From contig OX597817.1 in assembly GCA_951406725.2 (NCBI GenBank), forward strand, positions 119,908,001-119,972,000: a stretch of DNA of 64,000 bases, written 5' to 3'. Each line of letters starts with the position of its first letter. Positions within the stretch are counted from its first letter, which is position 1. A model generated the notes under the pieces. The model was given only the letters and a program-made list of their open reading frames with translations, was not told the origin of the DNA and made no database searches. Shown here piece by piece: positions 13,251-26,685 of this stretch. A program made the translations under genes and the position numbers. This stretch comes from Octopus vulgaris (taxonomy: Eukaryota).

Positions 13251-13292
13251 ACATCGATGTTTCAAGTTTATTAACTCTTGTCAATGAGATGT
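13251..13292 (-). ncRNA. Decayed Penelope-type minimal hammerhead motif
   Basis: Minus: ACATCTCA-TTGACAA-GAGTT-AATA-AACTT-GAAAC-ATC-GATGT; differs from CTGACGA...C-GAAAC-GTC by transitions only. Confidence 0.35.
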
Positions 13293-13599
13293 ACCTAAGA
13301 GATTATTCTTCATTACGATAATTATATATCATACATAGATGGGATGATACAGGACGTTACAAACAAATGGTCTGTTTATGAGTTCTTTTTAAAGTGGTTT
13401 TAGAAATATGATGATGAATGTTATATTTTTAAAATTTACAAATTTTACAAGTTTACCCTTGGCCATGAAACCCAATGACTACACCATACTTTTCTACCAT
13501 GGATGAGATTAAGTAGGGTCATTCATACCCAACTTCTTTGCCACATCCTTACATTTTTTTTACAGAATAACACAACCATCTATATCTAGTGACCTAAGG

Positions 13600-13795
13600 T
13601 CATCCAGGAGACAAGTTTGTTTCCATTTCGACCCCAGTCCATGTGCATTTCGGCCTCTTTCTTCTTCATCTGTAAAATAGACATTTTTTCCTCCTTATCA
13701 TAAGTTATGGCTGCTGCTATCCAAATTACGTCATATCCTGCTGGTATTTCTTCTACGGTGATTTTTGCCATTCTTCTACTCAAATATGTTGGTAT
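13600..13795 (-). mobile_element. Possible LINE ORF1-like fragment
   Basis: Open frame IPTYLSRRMAKITVEEIPAGYDVIWIAAAITYDKEEK, protein-like composition; resemblance to L1/Tx1-type ORF1 is from memory only. Confidence 0.3.
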
Positions 13796-13859
13796 CTAAT
13801 TGTTTAGATCACCTGTGAACTAAACCTCCATACTTTGTATATATATATATATATACATA

Positions 13860-14330
13860 GTGGAGCACTGCCTTTAGTCGAAGAAATCAACCCCAGGAGT
13901 CATTCTTTGTAAACCTACTACTTATTCTATTGGTCTCTTTTGTCAAAATGCTAAGTTACAGGAACATAAACACACCAACATCAGTTGTCAAGTGTTGGTG
14001 GGGGACCAACTCACACTCACACACACAAACACACACACATGTATAAGATGAGCTTCTTTTAGTTTCTGGTTACCAAATTCACTCACAAAGCTTTAGCTGG
14101 CCTGAGGCTTTTGTAGGAAACATTTGTGCAAGGTGCCACACAGTGGGACTGAAACCAGAACCATGTGGTTGGGGAGCAAGTTTCTCACCACAGGCTTCTT
14201 TTAGTTTCTGTCTACCACTCACCAGCTTTGGTTGGCTAGAGGTTACAAAAGACACCTGCCCATGGTGTTACACAATGGGACTGATCCCAAAATCATATGG
14301 CTAGAAGTCAACCTTCTTACCATAAAGCCA
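13860..14330 (-). mobile_element. SINE family A copy (13860-14190) followed by a second head fragment (14191-14330)
   Basis: Two successive GGGACTGA...CTTACCA head segments. Confidence 0.85.
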
Positions 14331-16425
14331 TATATGCATATGGTGTGTGTGTGTGTGTGCGCATGTGTGTGTACACATACAAGTTATTCTGTTGATTTCT
14401 AGACTGAGGATTTAGTACTTTAGTCAAGTTTATTACCAGCTCATTGATTTAGCATTGGCCTGTCAGATGGACCGTAATTGTAGCTCAATGGCATGGCCTT
14501 GTCAAACATAACACTACAACCGGTGACATTTGTAGGCATTTCCTCTCAACAACTTATCTACTAGCTCCATGCTTTCAAATTCCTCTGAAAGTAAAATTCC
14601 CTTACTTCAAAAAGCAAATGTCTTGCCAACAGGAAGTGCATCTTGTCATAAAAAATCATGGCTCAAGTACATTCCATCAAACCTTTGCAAGCAGGGGAAA
14701 TCTTGTTGAATAAACAATTGATAGAATATGTAGTGCATATGTGTGTATGTGTGTGTGCACGTGCATGTGTGTTCTACATACATACACACACATGCGCATA
14801 CATATCTGACCAGTAACTTTTAATATATCGTATAAGTATGTATGTTATATATTTGTTTCTATCAATTTAGGTATAAATATTCTATAGAAGATTGGTAGCT
14901 AGTCTTTTTCTGTGCACCCAAATAGTTACATTTTCAAGAATTCAGAAGATATCATTAGACATACATTACATGGGGTGAATTTTATATAATTATATTACAA
15001 AGTTGGTGCTCCAGCATGAAGCAAGTAAAAGGGTACATCCCATTATATGTTTACATTTCTTAGTATTATTTAATAATATTTCAGGAAGGAAATGCAAATT
15101 ACAAGTAGAAGATGAAATTTCACACTATTAACCTTGAACAGAAGTGATTGACTGTCTTACGTGTGTATTGGGGTGGGTGGGGGGTGAATCGAAGTCAGAT
15201 TTTAATATAAAGGTTATTTTGCTTTTGGAAGTGAGTGTTTTCCAACTAATTCAATGTGTTTCTTTTTTCTTGTTAAGCATCAGTTGTAGCATGGTAGAAT
15301 AAAACTGATATGTTTGTCAGATTCTTATGAAAATATCTAGAATTTGTTCAACATAAACAAGAGAACTATGTGAACCTAGTAAACTGTACATCACTTGTGA
15401 CAGCTGAACATTGACAGCACTATACAACACTGATGGATTCTGATTACTTTCTGCTCACTTGAAGATTCATTGGAAACATTTCCATACTGCTGTTTTCACA
15501 CAAATTATTTTTTTCTGACAACCACCTCATTGGCTTCATTTTTCACTTTAGAGAAAGAGAATCTTCTTTCTGTTCACTATTCATGATTTGATTGATACTA
15601 ACTTAGCAAGGCAAGTGAATGGTAGATTTTAATCTAAAATAACATTGAACAGGGTTGCTTTCCTACCACTTTCACAATCCTAAAAGAGTAAATAAAAAAA
15701 ATAAAGTAATAATAAATAAACAGAAACATTAACAGGAAAATAGAAACCACTAGAGTTTTCATGTCTTCATTGATTGTATTTTCATTGGAGAAATACTGTT
15801 CCAGAATATCAAATTATCATTCTGCAAGGTCATGAAATGGGAGAGAAAATTAAAAGATGACAAGAATTAGGAAAATAAAGCGAATTTTATTTATGATGAT
15901 CAAGTTTGCTGCATTAATGAGATCACAATTATATATTTCTGCTCAGTCCTGGCAGTCATAATTTCTCACCCATGTTCTTCGAGGTAGCAGGGTTAAAAAA
16001 AAATTATGTAATTCTGAAAATTTATCAATCGATAGAGAATGTGAATATGGATATTAGTCCTTCTAACATTAATAATGATTCCAAACTTTGGCATAAGGCC
16101 AAATTTTGGTGTTACTGATTTAATTAACCAAGGTACTTAACTGCTACATTATAATTTGCAACAATGGTATGATAAAAGACAAAATCTAACTCACCAGAGT
16201 AATAGCACAAAACAGATACGACTATACTACAGAGACCATGTCTCTTTTAAGATTTCATTTCAAATTTTTAACATTTCTCTAAAAATAGCAAATGAACTAC
16301 TACAAAATTAACTCATACCATCTTCATGAATTACTTAAAACAACCTAAGACTGAACTTATAAATCTATTAGTATCTTTTAAGAATATAATGTTAGATATT
16401 CACAGACTTACAGACTCGTAAGGGC

Positions 16426-16464
<39 letters not shown>

Positions 16465-16581
16465 ATACATGATATCCAACAGGATTTTTCAATCCAGTAT
16501 TTACATGCTATTATTTAGAGCTTTATGTGATGTGCCTCAATAACCACATTCCCTTGAAAGTTCATATATATATTCTTATGA

Positions 16582-16772
16582 CATCATCATCATCATCATT
16601 ATTTAACGTCTGCTTTCCATGCTAGCATGGGTTGGACGATTTGACTGAGGACTGGCGAACCAGATGGCTGCACTAGGCTCCAATCTGATCTGGAAGAGTT
16701 TCTACAGCTGGATGCCCTTCCTAACACTAACCACTCCGAGAGTGTAGTGGGTGCTTTTACATGCCACCGGCA
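16582..16772 (-). mobile_element. RTE-type 3' end, family E
   Basis: (CAT)n-TTTAACGTCTGCTTTCCATGCTAGCATGGGTTGGAC...GGATGCCCTTCCTAAC, reverse complement of family E. Confidence 0.9.
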
Positions 16773-16810
16773 TGAGACATGAACATATATATATATATAT
16801 ATATATATAT

Positions 16811-17062
16811 TGCACAGCCTAGAGGTTAGAGAGTTGCATTCACAATCACATGCTCATGGTTTCACTTCTCAGGTTGGGTGGTATGTTATGTTCTCAAGCA
16901 AAATACTTCATTTCACATTGCTCTGTTATCCTTTCAACATCTAATGTGTGGCACAATTGTGCACCTGCACAAGCAAAGTTGATTTGATGTAGGGAGTGAG
17001 CTTATGTGAACACAATCATTTGGTTGTCATGAACAAATCATCTGTGTGATTGTTCAGCAAGA
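16811..17062 (+). mobile_element. Diverged tRNA-headed SINE (another family)
   Basis: A-box-like GCACAGCCTAGAGGTTAG, B-box-like GGTTTCACTTCTC, then TTCTCAAGCAAAATACTT..CACATTGCTC. Confidence 0.5.
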
Positions 17063-17764
17063 AATGTATTTTAACAGGTTACAGAATATAGATTATATTA
17101 GATTCAGATTATAGAATATAGATTAAATTAAATATAAATCAACAGGATTGGGACATTATAGATTGTGTAATATCATTCCAAATAAAGCTACAATATCCAG
17201 AATATGTAGCTGATGAATGTGTCATGTGAAAATTAGATAATTTCATAGCCATGGCTGTCAGGAAACTCTGAGTACAATATGTGAGTCTTCCATATTTGTA
17301 TTTTATATTAAATATAGTAATCTATTTCTATGATACTAAGGTCTTCTTTTTCTCCTTTTGTTTAATATGTGTGTATGTATACATATACGATATATACATA
17401 TACTTGAAATAAAAAATTTCAAATGTGCCTATTCATATACATGTGTGTACAGCTTCCTGTTTCCCTTATAGGCTGGAACATGTCATTTTAATTTATATAT
17501 TTATATGGTATTTTATTTAATTTTAACCATCATGAGCACCCAACTAATGACGTTGAATGTATTAAATTTTTGCTTTCATCGATATGCATATGTGCAGTAA
17601 ATCTTTAATTTGAAGTCTTATAGTAGACTCTATATAATACTTATGTATACTATCAGTGAAGATATTACATTTATATACTATGTTGCTAATTAAACAATGA
17701 CCATTAAGGAGGCATTTAGTACATATATTGAAGTTGCAACTGAGTGGAGTACTTACTTGAAACT

Positions 17765-17936
17765 TATTTCTTTATTACCCACAAGGGGCTAAACATAGAG
17801 GGGACAAACAAGAACAGACAAAGAGATTAAGTTGATTACATCGACCCCAGGGCATAACTGGTTCTTAATTTATTGACCCCGAAAGGATGAAAGGCTAAGT
17901 CGACCTCAGAGGAATTTGAACTCAGAACGTAGCAGC
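17765..17936 (-). mobile_element. SINE family B, partial, alternative 3' end
   Basis: GACCCCGAAAGGATGAAAGGCTAAGTCGACCTCAGAGGAATTTGAACTCAGAAC central domain. Confidence 0.85.
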
Positions 17937-18164
17937 GAAACTGATGAGGAAATGCTAGCATTTTATCTTTTGCTATGGTTTTTCATTCTAAAAGAGAATT
18001 TATTTCATTCCAAGTAGAGGAACCCATTACATTCGCATTTGGGATAATATTACCACCATTATTTTTCTTATTTCTACATTTTTGGGTGGGGTGGTGGTTT
18101 ATAACACCCTGTCCCAATATGGGTTAAGTCACTCCTATAGTTGTAGTAATATTAGGAGGAAGAA

Positions 18165-18352
18165 AGGTAGTGAGCTGGCAGAATCATTACCACTTAGCCA
18201 CTTTTCACTTGTTTTTACCATTCTGTAATCCAATTCAAAAGATCAGTTTTACCTTTCATCCTTTAGAGGTCGATAAAATAAGTACCAGTTGAGCACTGGA
18301 GTTGATGTAATCAACTAATTCCCTCCCACAAAATTTCAATATAGTAGAAAGG
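18165..18352 (+). mobile_element. SINE family B
   Basis: AAGGTAGTGAGCTGGCAGAA head; CCTTTCATCCTTTAGAGGTCGATAAAATAAGTACCAG domain. Confidence 0.8.
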
Positions 18353-20389
18353 AAGGAAGGAAGGCATTCATTCTTGTATTTTCATTCTTATTGTTTTTTA
18401 TTTATATTGTTAATATTTATGTTGTTATAAGAACTAATATCCAGTTGATTTATATTATTTTGGCTACATGTTATATTACATTGGCAATTACTCTAAGTAC
18501 AAGTGTAATTTATCCTTGATTGGTTGCTCCTACTCTTGGTGTACGTATTAATTATAGAGTTATTACAGTTACTTAAATGTTCATTAAAGTTAGGAATTGT
18601 TGAAGATGATAATTTTATAGTATAGAAATTAAATATTTTAATTCATGTGTCTCAGGAAAGTTTTTTTACAATTTGAAAGCAGGATTTAGCAATATTAGTC
18701 TCAATATATTTTTTGAGCTAGTCAGACTCACAAATAAGAAAACGAGAAAATGAGTTTTCCCAGTTTTCTTATTTCTGGTAAAACTGTTAGTGGTTCTACA
18801 CGATTATTTTTGTTTTTCAGTGAATTAGAAGTTTTATTCAAAGAAGATGCTTCCCACCGACAGTATACAGAATATCTATCATTCTTATGTTCTTGTCCTA
18901 ATTATTCTCATTTTCTTCTAATTTTGGTAAGATTGCAGATAATTAGTAGTTTTATGAATGATTTTAGTGTTGTTCTTAGGTAAAAAAAAAAAAGAAATAT
19001 TTCATACATATATTCCTATCACCATTGGTTTTTTTAGTAGCTATATGACTAAGTTTTTGTTTATTTCTTATCTTATACTTTTTTTTTGCTGCATTTGTTA
19101 ACTGTCTATGCACTGGTAGTCTTCACACTATCAGGTTGTTCTGTATGATAGCAATTAATTAGCATATACCTTTATTTGTGAGTTATGAGATCTAGTATTC
19201 ATTTTGGTTGCAGTTCATCTGCGTACATGCATACAGATACCAAATTCAATTTTGAAAAATATTTAAACATAATTAGTTTTTATTTCAAGTAAAGTTAATG
19301 TAATTTTTTCAAGTATCAAATACCTAAATTGAACTTTAAAAACATTTGTGTCATAGAATGATAATGAATGAAATATGTTCTATAAATACCATCAATTTAT
19401 CTACAAGCTAATGCATTGTCACTATGTTCATAATCTTATTAAACTTAGAAGACTCTTAGTTCTTGGATATCATTGCAAAATCTTGGATGTATCAGCAAAC
19501 ATTAGAAAATTCCATAAACTTCAATGTTTTTAAGAAATGAAATATATAGGGTTACATAAAGAATGTATATAAAATCTAAATCTGGATTTATTTTACATTA
19601 GTAGTAGTACCACAAAAAAGCAACATCAATTATTTTTCAGTATAATAAAAGTAATTTTTTAAAAATTCAACTTAATGTTCATATAATGCTACAAGACAAT
19701 TTATTTGGCTAATAGAACTACAGCTGTATTACTGTGCAAATCTGTATGAGATTGGTAAATTAAATATCTGTTCATGTCAGAAATATACTTCATACTAACT
19801 TTTACAACAACAATCTTTTTCTTTTTTTTTTAATCATAAGATAACCTAAAGCGGTTTGGCAGTAAAGACTTCAATCTGTATGAAAGGAATATGAGAGATG
19901 CATGGTATTATAATAGATCTTTAGCTGAAACTGTACTTAGTCTGCCTAAAGGTAGGTGTGACCATTGATATGAATGTTTATGTGTGTGTACGTGTGTGTG
20001 CATGTGTGTGTGTGTGTGTGAAATATATATGATATTCATATACATATATAAAGTAAATACATTAATTGTATGCTAAGAGAAAGGTTAGTAAGTCTACTGC
20101 TATAGATTACATAACATTTGTAAGCCGTTACTTTAAGACAAGGAGTGGCCAACTGGTTTAACTTACACTGCCAAAGATTAATTTGTGATGTTCACAAAAT
20201 GTAAAATGTGAACTAAGTTTGTGTCTTACGCAATTTTATAATAAAACAATAGGTAACAGAAATATTTCTGTTTTAATGTTCTAAGGGAATATTGTAAGCT
20301 TTTTAAGAAAAATGTGAAAGACAATTTATTCAGAAGCAAGGGATCTTCATAGAATTACTTTTGGCTTTCTTTTAAACACTACAATAGCT

Positions 20390-20935
20390 GAATCTGGCTT
20401 GTTCTTTATGCAACAATTTGTCAACTGCTGTCCTCATCCGCTCTAAAAGTGAAATTTCAATAAAGGACAAAATAAGATTTTTTAACACTAACGTAAAAGC
20501 GGTGTTATTGTATGGGGCTGAGACATGGCGAACAACAGTTAAGTCAAATAAGCAAACACAGTCATTCATCAACAGATGCTTACGCAGTATACTTCAAATT
20601 AGATGGCCCAAACACATTAGCAATATGGAGCTATGGCAAAGAATGAATCAAGTTTCGATTAGGGAGCAAATATTTAAGAAAATGTGGAAGTAGATTGGTA
20701 GCACAATTAGAAAAGACGCACCAAATGAAGCGAAAAGTGCTTTACAGTAGAATCCGGATGGATATAGAAAGAAAGGTAGGCCTAAGAACTCATGGTGTAG
20801 ATCAACACAGAAGGAACTAGAGAAAGGGGGACATTCATGGCAGAGTATAAGTACAGAAATGAAAAATTATGTGACATGGAATTCAAATATAAGTGGCCTA
20901 TACTCCTCGTTGGAGGGTTAAAGGCAGGAAAAAAA
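20390..20935 (+). mobile_element. 5'-truncated RTE-clade LINE with 5' inverted segment and 12-bp TSD
   Basis: Plus: KIRFFNTNVKAVLLYGAETW...RCLRSILQIRWP...RKKGRPKNSW with stops; minus 20449-20390: LLERMRTAVDKLLHKEQARF; TSD ACTACAATAGCT at 20378-20389 and 20936-20947. Confidence 0.9.
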
Positions 20936-21698
20936 ACTACAATAGCTTTCCTATATTAAGTTGACTTCATTAAGTCCATTTAACTGTTAATTACAAATAC
21001 TCACTTCAGTTCGCTGAGAAGAATATCAAGTTAATCTAGAAAAAAATTGCAATTTGAGATTATAATACAGTATCCTAGCAACTCAACACCTAATTCATAA
21101 TATGAAATGTATTTAAGAAAAGAAAAATGTTGAGTATAATATCACGAGTCAAATAACTTCGAATTATACTTGGTCTTAGTAAAATATTGAAGATATAATT
21201 CCTCTTGGCATTACATTTCTAATATTTTACTAAGGATGGAAATAATTTTATGTTACAGATGTTTCATTCATATTCTTTATTTTAGAAGAAGCCAAAACTA
21301 CTAATATAAATTGACAGATTTGTTTTGTGATGTTTTCAACAACATTAGAAAGCTATATTCACTTAAAATATCTTTTATTCACATAATTCTGATCTGTGTA
21401 TTACACAGACAATGAATTTATCTACAGCTGGCAACAAGGCTTAGTTGTAATGGTAATTGATAGAACATTTGATATATTTATTGCACTTACCCATGCAAAC
21501 TAGATTTTAGGAAAACACCATATTGCTTCTGTTATATCTACTCAAAATTCAAAACTACAAGTGTTAATAATGAAGCTTATTTGTTTACAACATCAGCAAA
21601 TTGGATGCAGAAGTAAAACGTTATGGTGGGAAATAGTATAGAATAACAGTTCTAATGATTTTTTAAAGTAACCTACATACACCTGTCTTCCTAGCTTA

Positions 21699-22358
21699 TA
21701 TGTGGAGGTACCCAAAAGTAACTGAAAGTGTTCTCTGTGGGACAAATCCTTTGTAGTTCAGGCTTCCACTAATAGAAGCCACTTGATGAGACCCTAAGGC
21801 AACAGTTTGTCAACCAGCATCATCGGGTTAGGTTGTACTGCCACATGGTCCATCTTTGTTTTGCAGTACTTCTCCCTTGTGCATAGATTTTTGCAAATGC
21901 TGAAGCAAAAGAACATCATGCTTCCATGAAATTCTGTTTTCTGCAGGGGAAAACGGCAGCTGAAACAGTTGTCATGCTTCAAACAGCTTACAAGGAAACT
22001 GCCATGAGCAAAACATAGGCTTATGAGTGGTTTTCACTCTTTAGGAATGGTCACTTGTTGCATGAAGACCAACCTCAATCGACCTCAATTGTCACCCTGA
22101 AGTCAATTCAAGGTGACCATTTGACCTCCTGAATGAATGAAAACATCATGAAAAATTCATGAACTGATCTTGGAGGACTGTCCTTGAACAACTTATGAAT
22201 TTGTTGATATGATCAGTGTGTTCTGGAGCTCCTGCTAATGAATTTTGAGTGAGGAATTGCGAATGAAAAAAATTGCAGCAAAATTTGTGCCTTGCTTGCT
22301 CACAGAAGATCAAAAGCAGTCAAAACTTAATGCATGTCATGAACTGAAAGACTAGCTA
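21699..22358 (+). mobile_element. Mariner transposon 5' fragment (decayed transposase N-terminus)
   Basis: MKFCFLQGKTAAETVVMLQTAYKETAMSKT*AYEWFSLFRNG...ILSEELRMKKIAAKFVPCLLTEDQKQ; TIR-like TATGTGGAGGTACCCAAAAGTAACTGAAA at left end. Confidence 0.85.
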
Positions 22359-23939
22359 GGAGTAGAATGAATTAGATTAACTAATTAAAGAAAAATTCAA
22401 CATTTTTATAACAATTATTACCAATCTTGCAAAATTTTCTTATGTAATTAGTATCAATATGTATACTTGAATAGTTGTACGGAATTTAGCTAAACCTTGT
22501 GATGTGTATTGATTTTGACAATTGTTACAAATAATTTAAAAGGTTTTCACTATCTATGCCCCAAGGTTGTGTTGAATAAACCCATAAACAACAAACAAAT
22601 ATTTAATAAAATGTTGTTGCAAAAACTCCTACACATCACAGACTTTTATGTCAACACAACTAACCATTTCCAAACTATTCAATAGCACCACATTCCTCAC
22701 CAAAGCTTCTTATCTACATACCACACCTGATCTGACTTTCCTAATACCTTCATATTCTACAGGCTTTGTTGTGGTTTTATTATTCTTGGTCAGTAACAGG
22801 TTTGTATTATACTGACTATTCACAGTAATCACTTCAACCTATATTTTTAACCATATAAAATCAGTATGAATCCAAGTCATAGATAAACATATAGTTAACT
22901 ACATGAATCAGTTTATAATTCACAGCTACATATGCACCTGCAGTATACTCAAACATCAACTGAAGAAAAGTGTAATGCTTGCACACTGCTTCATATCTAT
23001 TTCAGCAATGTCCATTATGCTGAGCCAAAGAAAATATTTACTCTGAGTTGTTTTGTAACATTGGTGTCTTAGATATAATGATCACTATCAAATGGAACCT
23101 AGAGGTGAAATATTCATAGCTGTTTAAATTACTGTGCTTGTTGTCTAATAACATAGAATGGACTATTGATTACTAACATTTTTATATATGCTTTCTTCCA
23201 GGTAACAAATTTCATGGCTATTACTCATTGTCTAGCATTTCTGAGATATGAGAACTGCTGGTTCTATGACTGCTATATCATATTGCTTAATTGTATCGAT
23301 AAATACCTCCCCTGGTGGATCAACTTGAAAAGTATGGAATCACAAAAGCAGCTAATTTTCAAAGACTTATCTCACTTTTGCTATCAAGATTTTGCAAGAT
23401 TTCCTTAAAGTAATAATGCATGCTGCCACAGATTCCACTGCACCACTTATTTATGCTCTAATACACATAATGGTACTACACGGTCAATTTATCTTGTGCC
23501 TGTGCAATGCATGCTTGGATGTAGCACATAATTCAAATAGGCACACCCATCAACTCCATGCAAGCATGAAATAATGTTAAAATATTAACGATGATGAGCA
23601 GGATATAATAGCATATCTAACGATGGTTCAATGATCTACTGCTTAAATACATGACCCAGTCAATTTCCCCTGTTGAATCCCAGTATACTTAACCAATCTA
23701 TGTCCATAAGGTTACCAAGGATTAATCATTAGCCATTGATTTAAACTGATATCATCTCCTACATGAAATAACTCAAGAGATGTTGAAAAATATTTTGTGT
23801 CCTTTTAATTTTTGCAAAATTATTACTGTTTAATATGAGTTCAATTTTTTTGTTTCATTATTATTGCCATAACCATTGTAAACATAATGGCAGCAAAATC
23901 AGTGATTAACAAAAAGCAGTATGAGGACAAAATCAGAAA

Positions 23940-24192
23940 GTGGTGGTGGTGGTGGTAATGATAGTGATGGTGGTAGGTTAGAGAAGAAAGAGAAGTAATA
24001 TCAGTGGTGGTGGTAGTAGTAGCAGCAGCAGCAGGTTGGTGGTGGTGGTGGTGGGTTAGAGAAGATAAGTAGTAGTAGTAGCAGCAGCAGAAGCAGCAGA
24101 GTTGGTGGTCGTGGTGGTGATGACAGTGGCAGCAGTGGTGGTGGTGGTGGTGCTGCTGGTGCTGCTGCTGCTGCTACTGCTGCTGATGATGG
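23940..24192. repeat. Mixed (GGT)/(AGT)/(GCA)/(GCT) trinucleotide low-complexity tract
   Basis: Direct inspection. Confidence 0.9.
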
Positions 24193-26305
24193 TTTTGCAG
24201 GTAGGCGTAAGAGTAGGACTAAAACAATTCAACTAGTATTAAAAAATTCCTCTTCAATGCAAAAGCAAGTGATCCCACCCATTCCTGTGGTTACTGACCA
24301 ACATGATGATATTCTGTGTAGGGTGGGGACATGGAATTTGATAAGTTTCTCCAGCTCAATATTAAACACACTGCCCTAGTCTTGCTATTTAAATATAATT
24401 CGGTGAATCTCCCTTCATGCTTCTGTTTTCTCTATTATCACAGAAATATAACTGTTTGCTTTTTCACAAATCACCAGAATAAAAAAGTTTACAATAGCTA
24501 TGGACAACACTTTTTGCTTAAATTAGCAAACATTAACACAAAAAAAAAATTCCACTGTAACTTCATATATCAATCAATGCAATTTTCTGTATTAATTTAG
24601 TTCCTAATTGAATCTAATTATGGCCCTTAATAACCCTGTACAATATATAAATGACATTGTTTCTCATTTTGCCTTGATTGAGAAAATTATCATAATGCTT
24701 ATACAGATATTAATCATTCTAAATATAAAGCTATGTTAATAAAAGCAAAATTCAGTCTGTCCATCTGGGACCCCTGTATCTCGGTCTATATTTGCTCTAC
24801 ATAGACATATTATACCATTTTGGAATCAGGATGATCCTGGGATAGAAAGTCTGCCCTTCATTGGGTTCTTGCACATTCAGCATTGGGATCTAATTTAAAA
24901 GCATTTGGGTTGCTATTTCTAGCAGGTCAAACTTGGCTGATCCATGCCATCTTGCTTGGCATTTGTCAGATGACATTAGATATTAAGGGGGAAATAAATG
25001 ACAATCTCTTTGTTACTTTTATGTCAAGATGAGAACTTCGTGACAAATTGGCCAACAGTTGGAATTCAACTAGGGACTGGAACAATAGAATAATTGCATT
25101 ACAGAATTAATTCTCAACGATCCTTAACCTCTGATCAAACACCACTGGGGCATATGGTCATTATAGATGTATTAGAGTCATACTGTTTAGCTCCCTTTAG
25201 TTTTGGGCTGCAGGCCCAATTAGCCCTCTACAGGAGCTCGCTTAAAAGTTCACATGGTGTGCAGTTTTTAAACTAGTATTAACTAAAAATATTCACTTTT
25301 TCCAATATTATTTACATTTGTTTATCCTAGCTTAAGATAACTGTAATAGTTTGTTTTCCTGTAGTTGATGCATAAGATTTCCCAAATATTAATATCATTT
25401 CAGTCTCATGGAATATTTCGTTGATTAAGTTATTATTAATTTTAATGATCAACACCTATATTTTATTGACTTCCTTTTAAGTGCAACACAATAATAATTC
25501 GGTATTTTACTATTTCAGAATTTATAGTTATTTTAAGATTGGCAGCTTATTTCAAAAATTTCTATCACTGACAATTGTCAAACTGTATTTTGACTTCAAG
25601 AGTTTCCCCTGTAGCCATCTATATTTAGACAATCTGGTCTAATTTTAAAAGTATTTTGAATAAAACAAATAGTTAAAATATTATAAAAAGGAACTTGTAT
25701 GGTATCAAATGCATATAAATCTACTTCAGAAAGAAGACCAGAATAGAAATATAAATTTAGAAAAGTTATTTTATTGTATTCATTAGGTTCTTTTGCTACT
25801 TTGTTATCATTACAAATAAGTATTATTCTATAAGTAGACATAATTTAACTGTCTTAATATGGAATTTTGTATTGCTGAATTGGTTGTGGCATAAAAATAC
25901 CTCTCATTGCTGATTCAGTGAATGCAGCTTCATTTAACGTTTGGACACAAAAGTAGAGCAAGTAATATTAATTCAATCATAAATGAATGAACAAAGAAAA
26001 CATCTAAATTATCAAGAGTACTTTGCAGAACTACAGAAATACATAATATAGCACATAGAAACTGATGGTGAGAAATATAACAGTTTGTCAGAAAATCATT
26101 TCCAGAAACAGCGATTCTATATATCTTAACATTATAGAGTAAGCAACGTGAAGATATGACATCGTTTTTTTTTTTTATGGTGACATAAAGATCATACCCT
26201 CAAGAATAGTTGATCATGCCATCAAGCAGAAAAGCATAAAGAATCTTTTTAAAATAACACTGTGAAATTTTCTATAAATGAAGTTAAAAGTGAAACAAGT
26301 AGAAT

Positions 26306-26606
26306 TGGCACCATCCGATTGTGGCCATTGCCAGCCTTGCCTGGCTTCTGTGCCAGTGGCACGTAAAAAGCACCATCTGATCATGGCCGTTTGCTAGCCT
26401 CGTCTGGCACCTGTGCCGGTGGCACGTAAAAAGCACCCACTACACTCACGGAGTGGTTGGCATTAGGAAGGGCATCCAGCCATAGAAACATTGCCAGATC
26501 AGACTGGGCTTGGTGCAGCCTTCTGGCTTCCCAGACCCCAGTTGAACCGTCCAACCCATGCTAGCATGGAAAGCGGACGCTAAACGAAGATGATGATGAT
26601 GATGAT
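26306..26606 (+). mobile_element. RTE-type 3' end, family E, with about 2 hairpin repeat units
   Basis: CACCATCCGA...GTGGCACGTAAAAAG units, then conserved tail and (GAT)n. Confidence 0.9.
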
Positions 26607-26685
26607 GTAAATCTTTAGTAAGCCTTTTAATTGTTTCAGTCATTAGATTGCAACCAAGCTGGAGCACCACCTTAGAGTATTCCAC

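Noticed and set aside
17941-17990. CTGATGAG core-like motif
   Set aside because: No downstream stem II closure or GAAAC
21491-21499. Minus-strand 9-nt microexon candidate (TAG|TTTGCATGG|GTAAGT)
   Set aside because: Weak acceptor context; unsupported without RNA data
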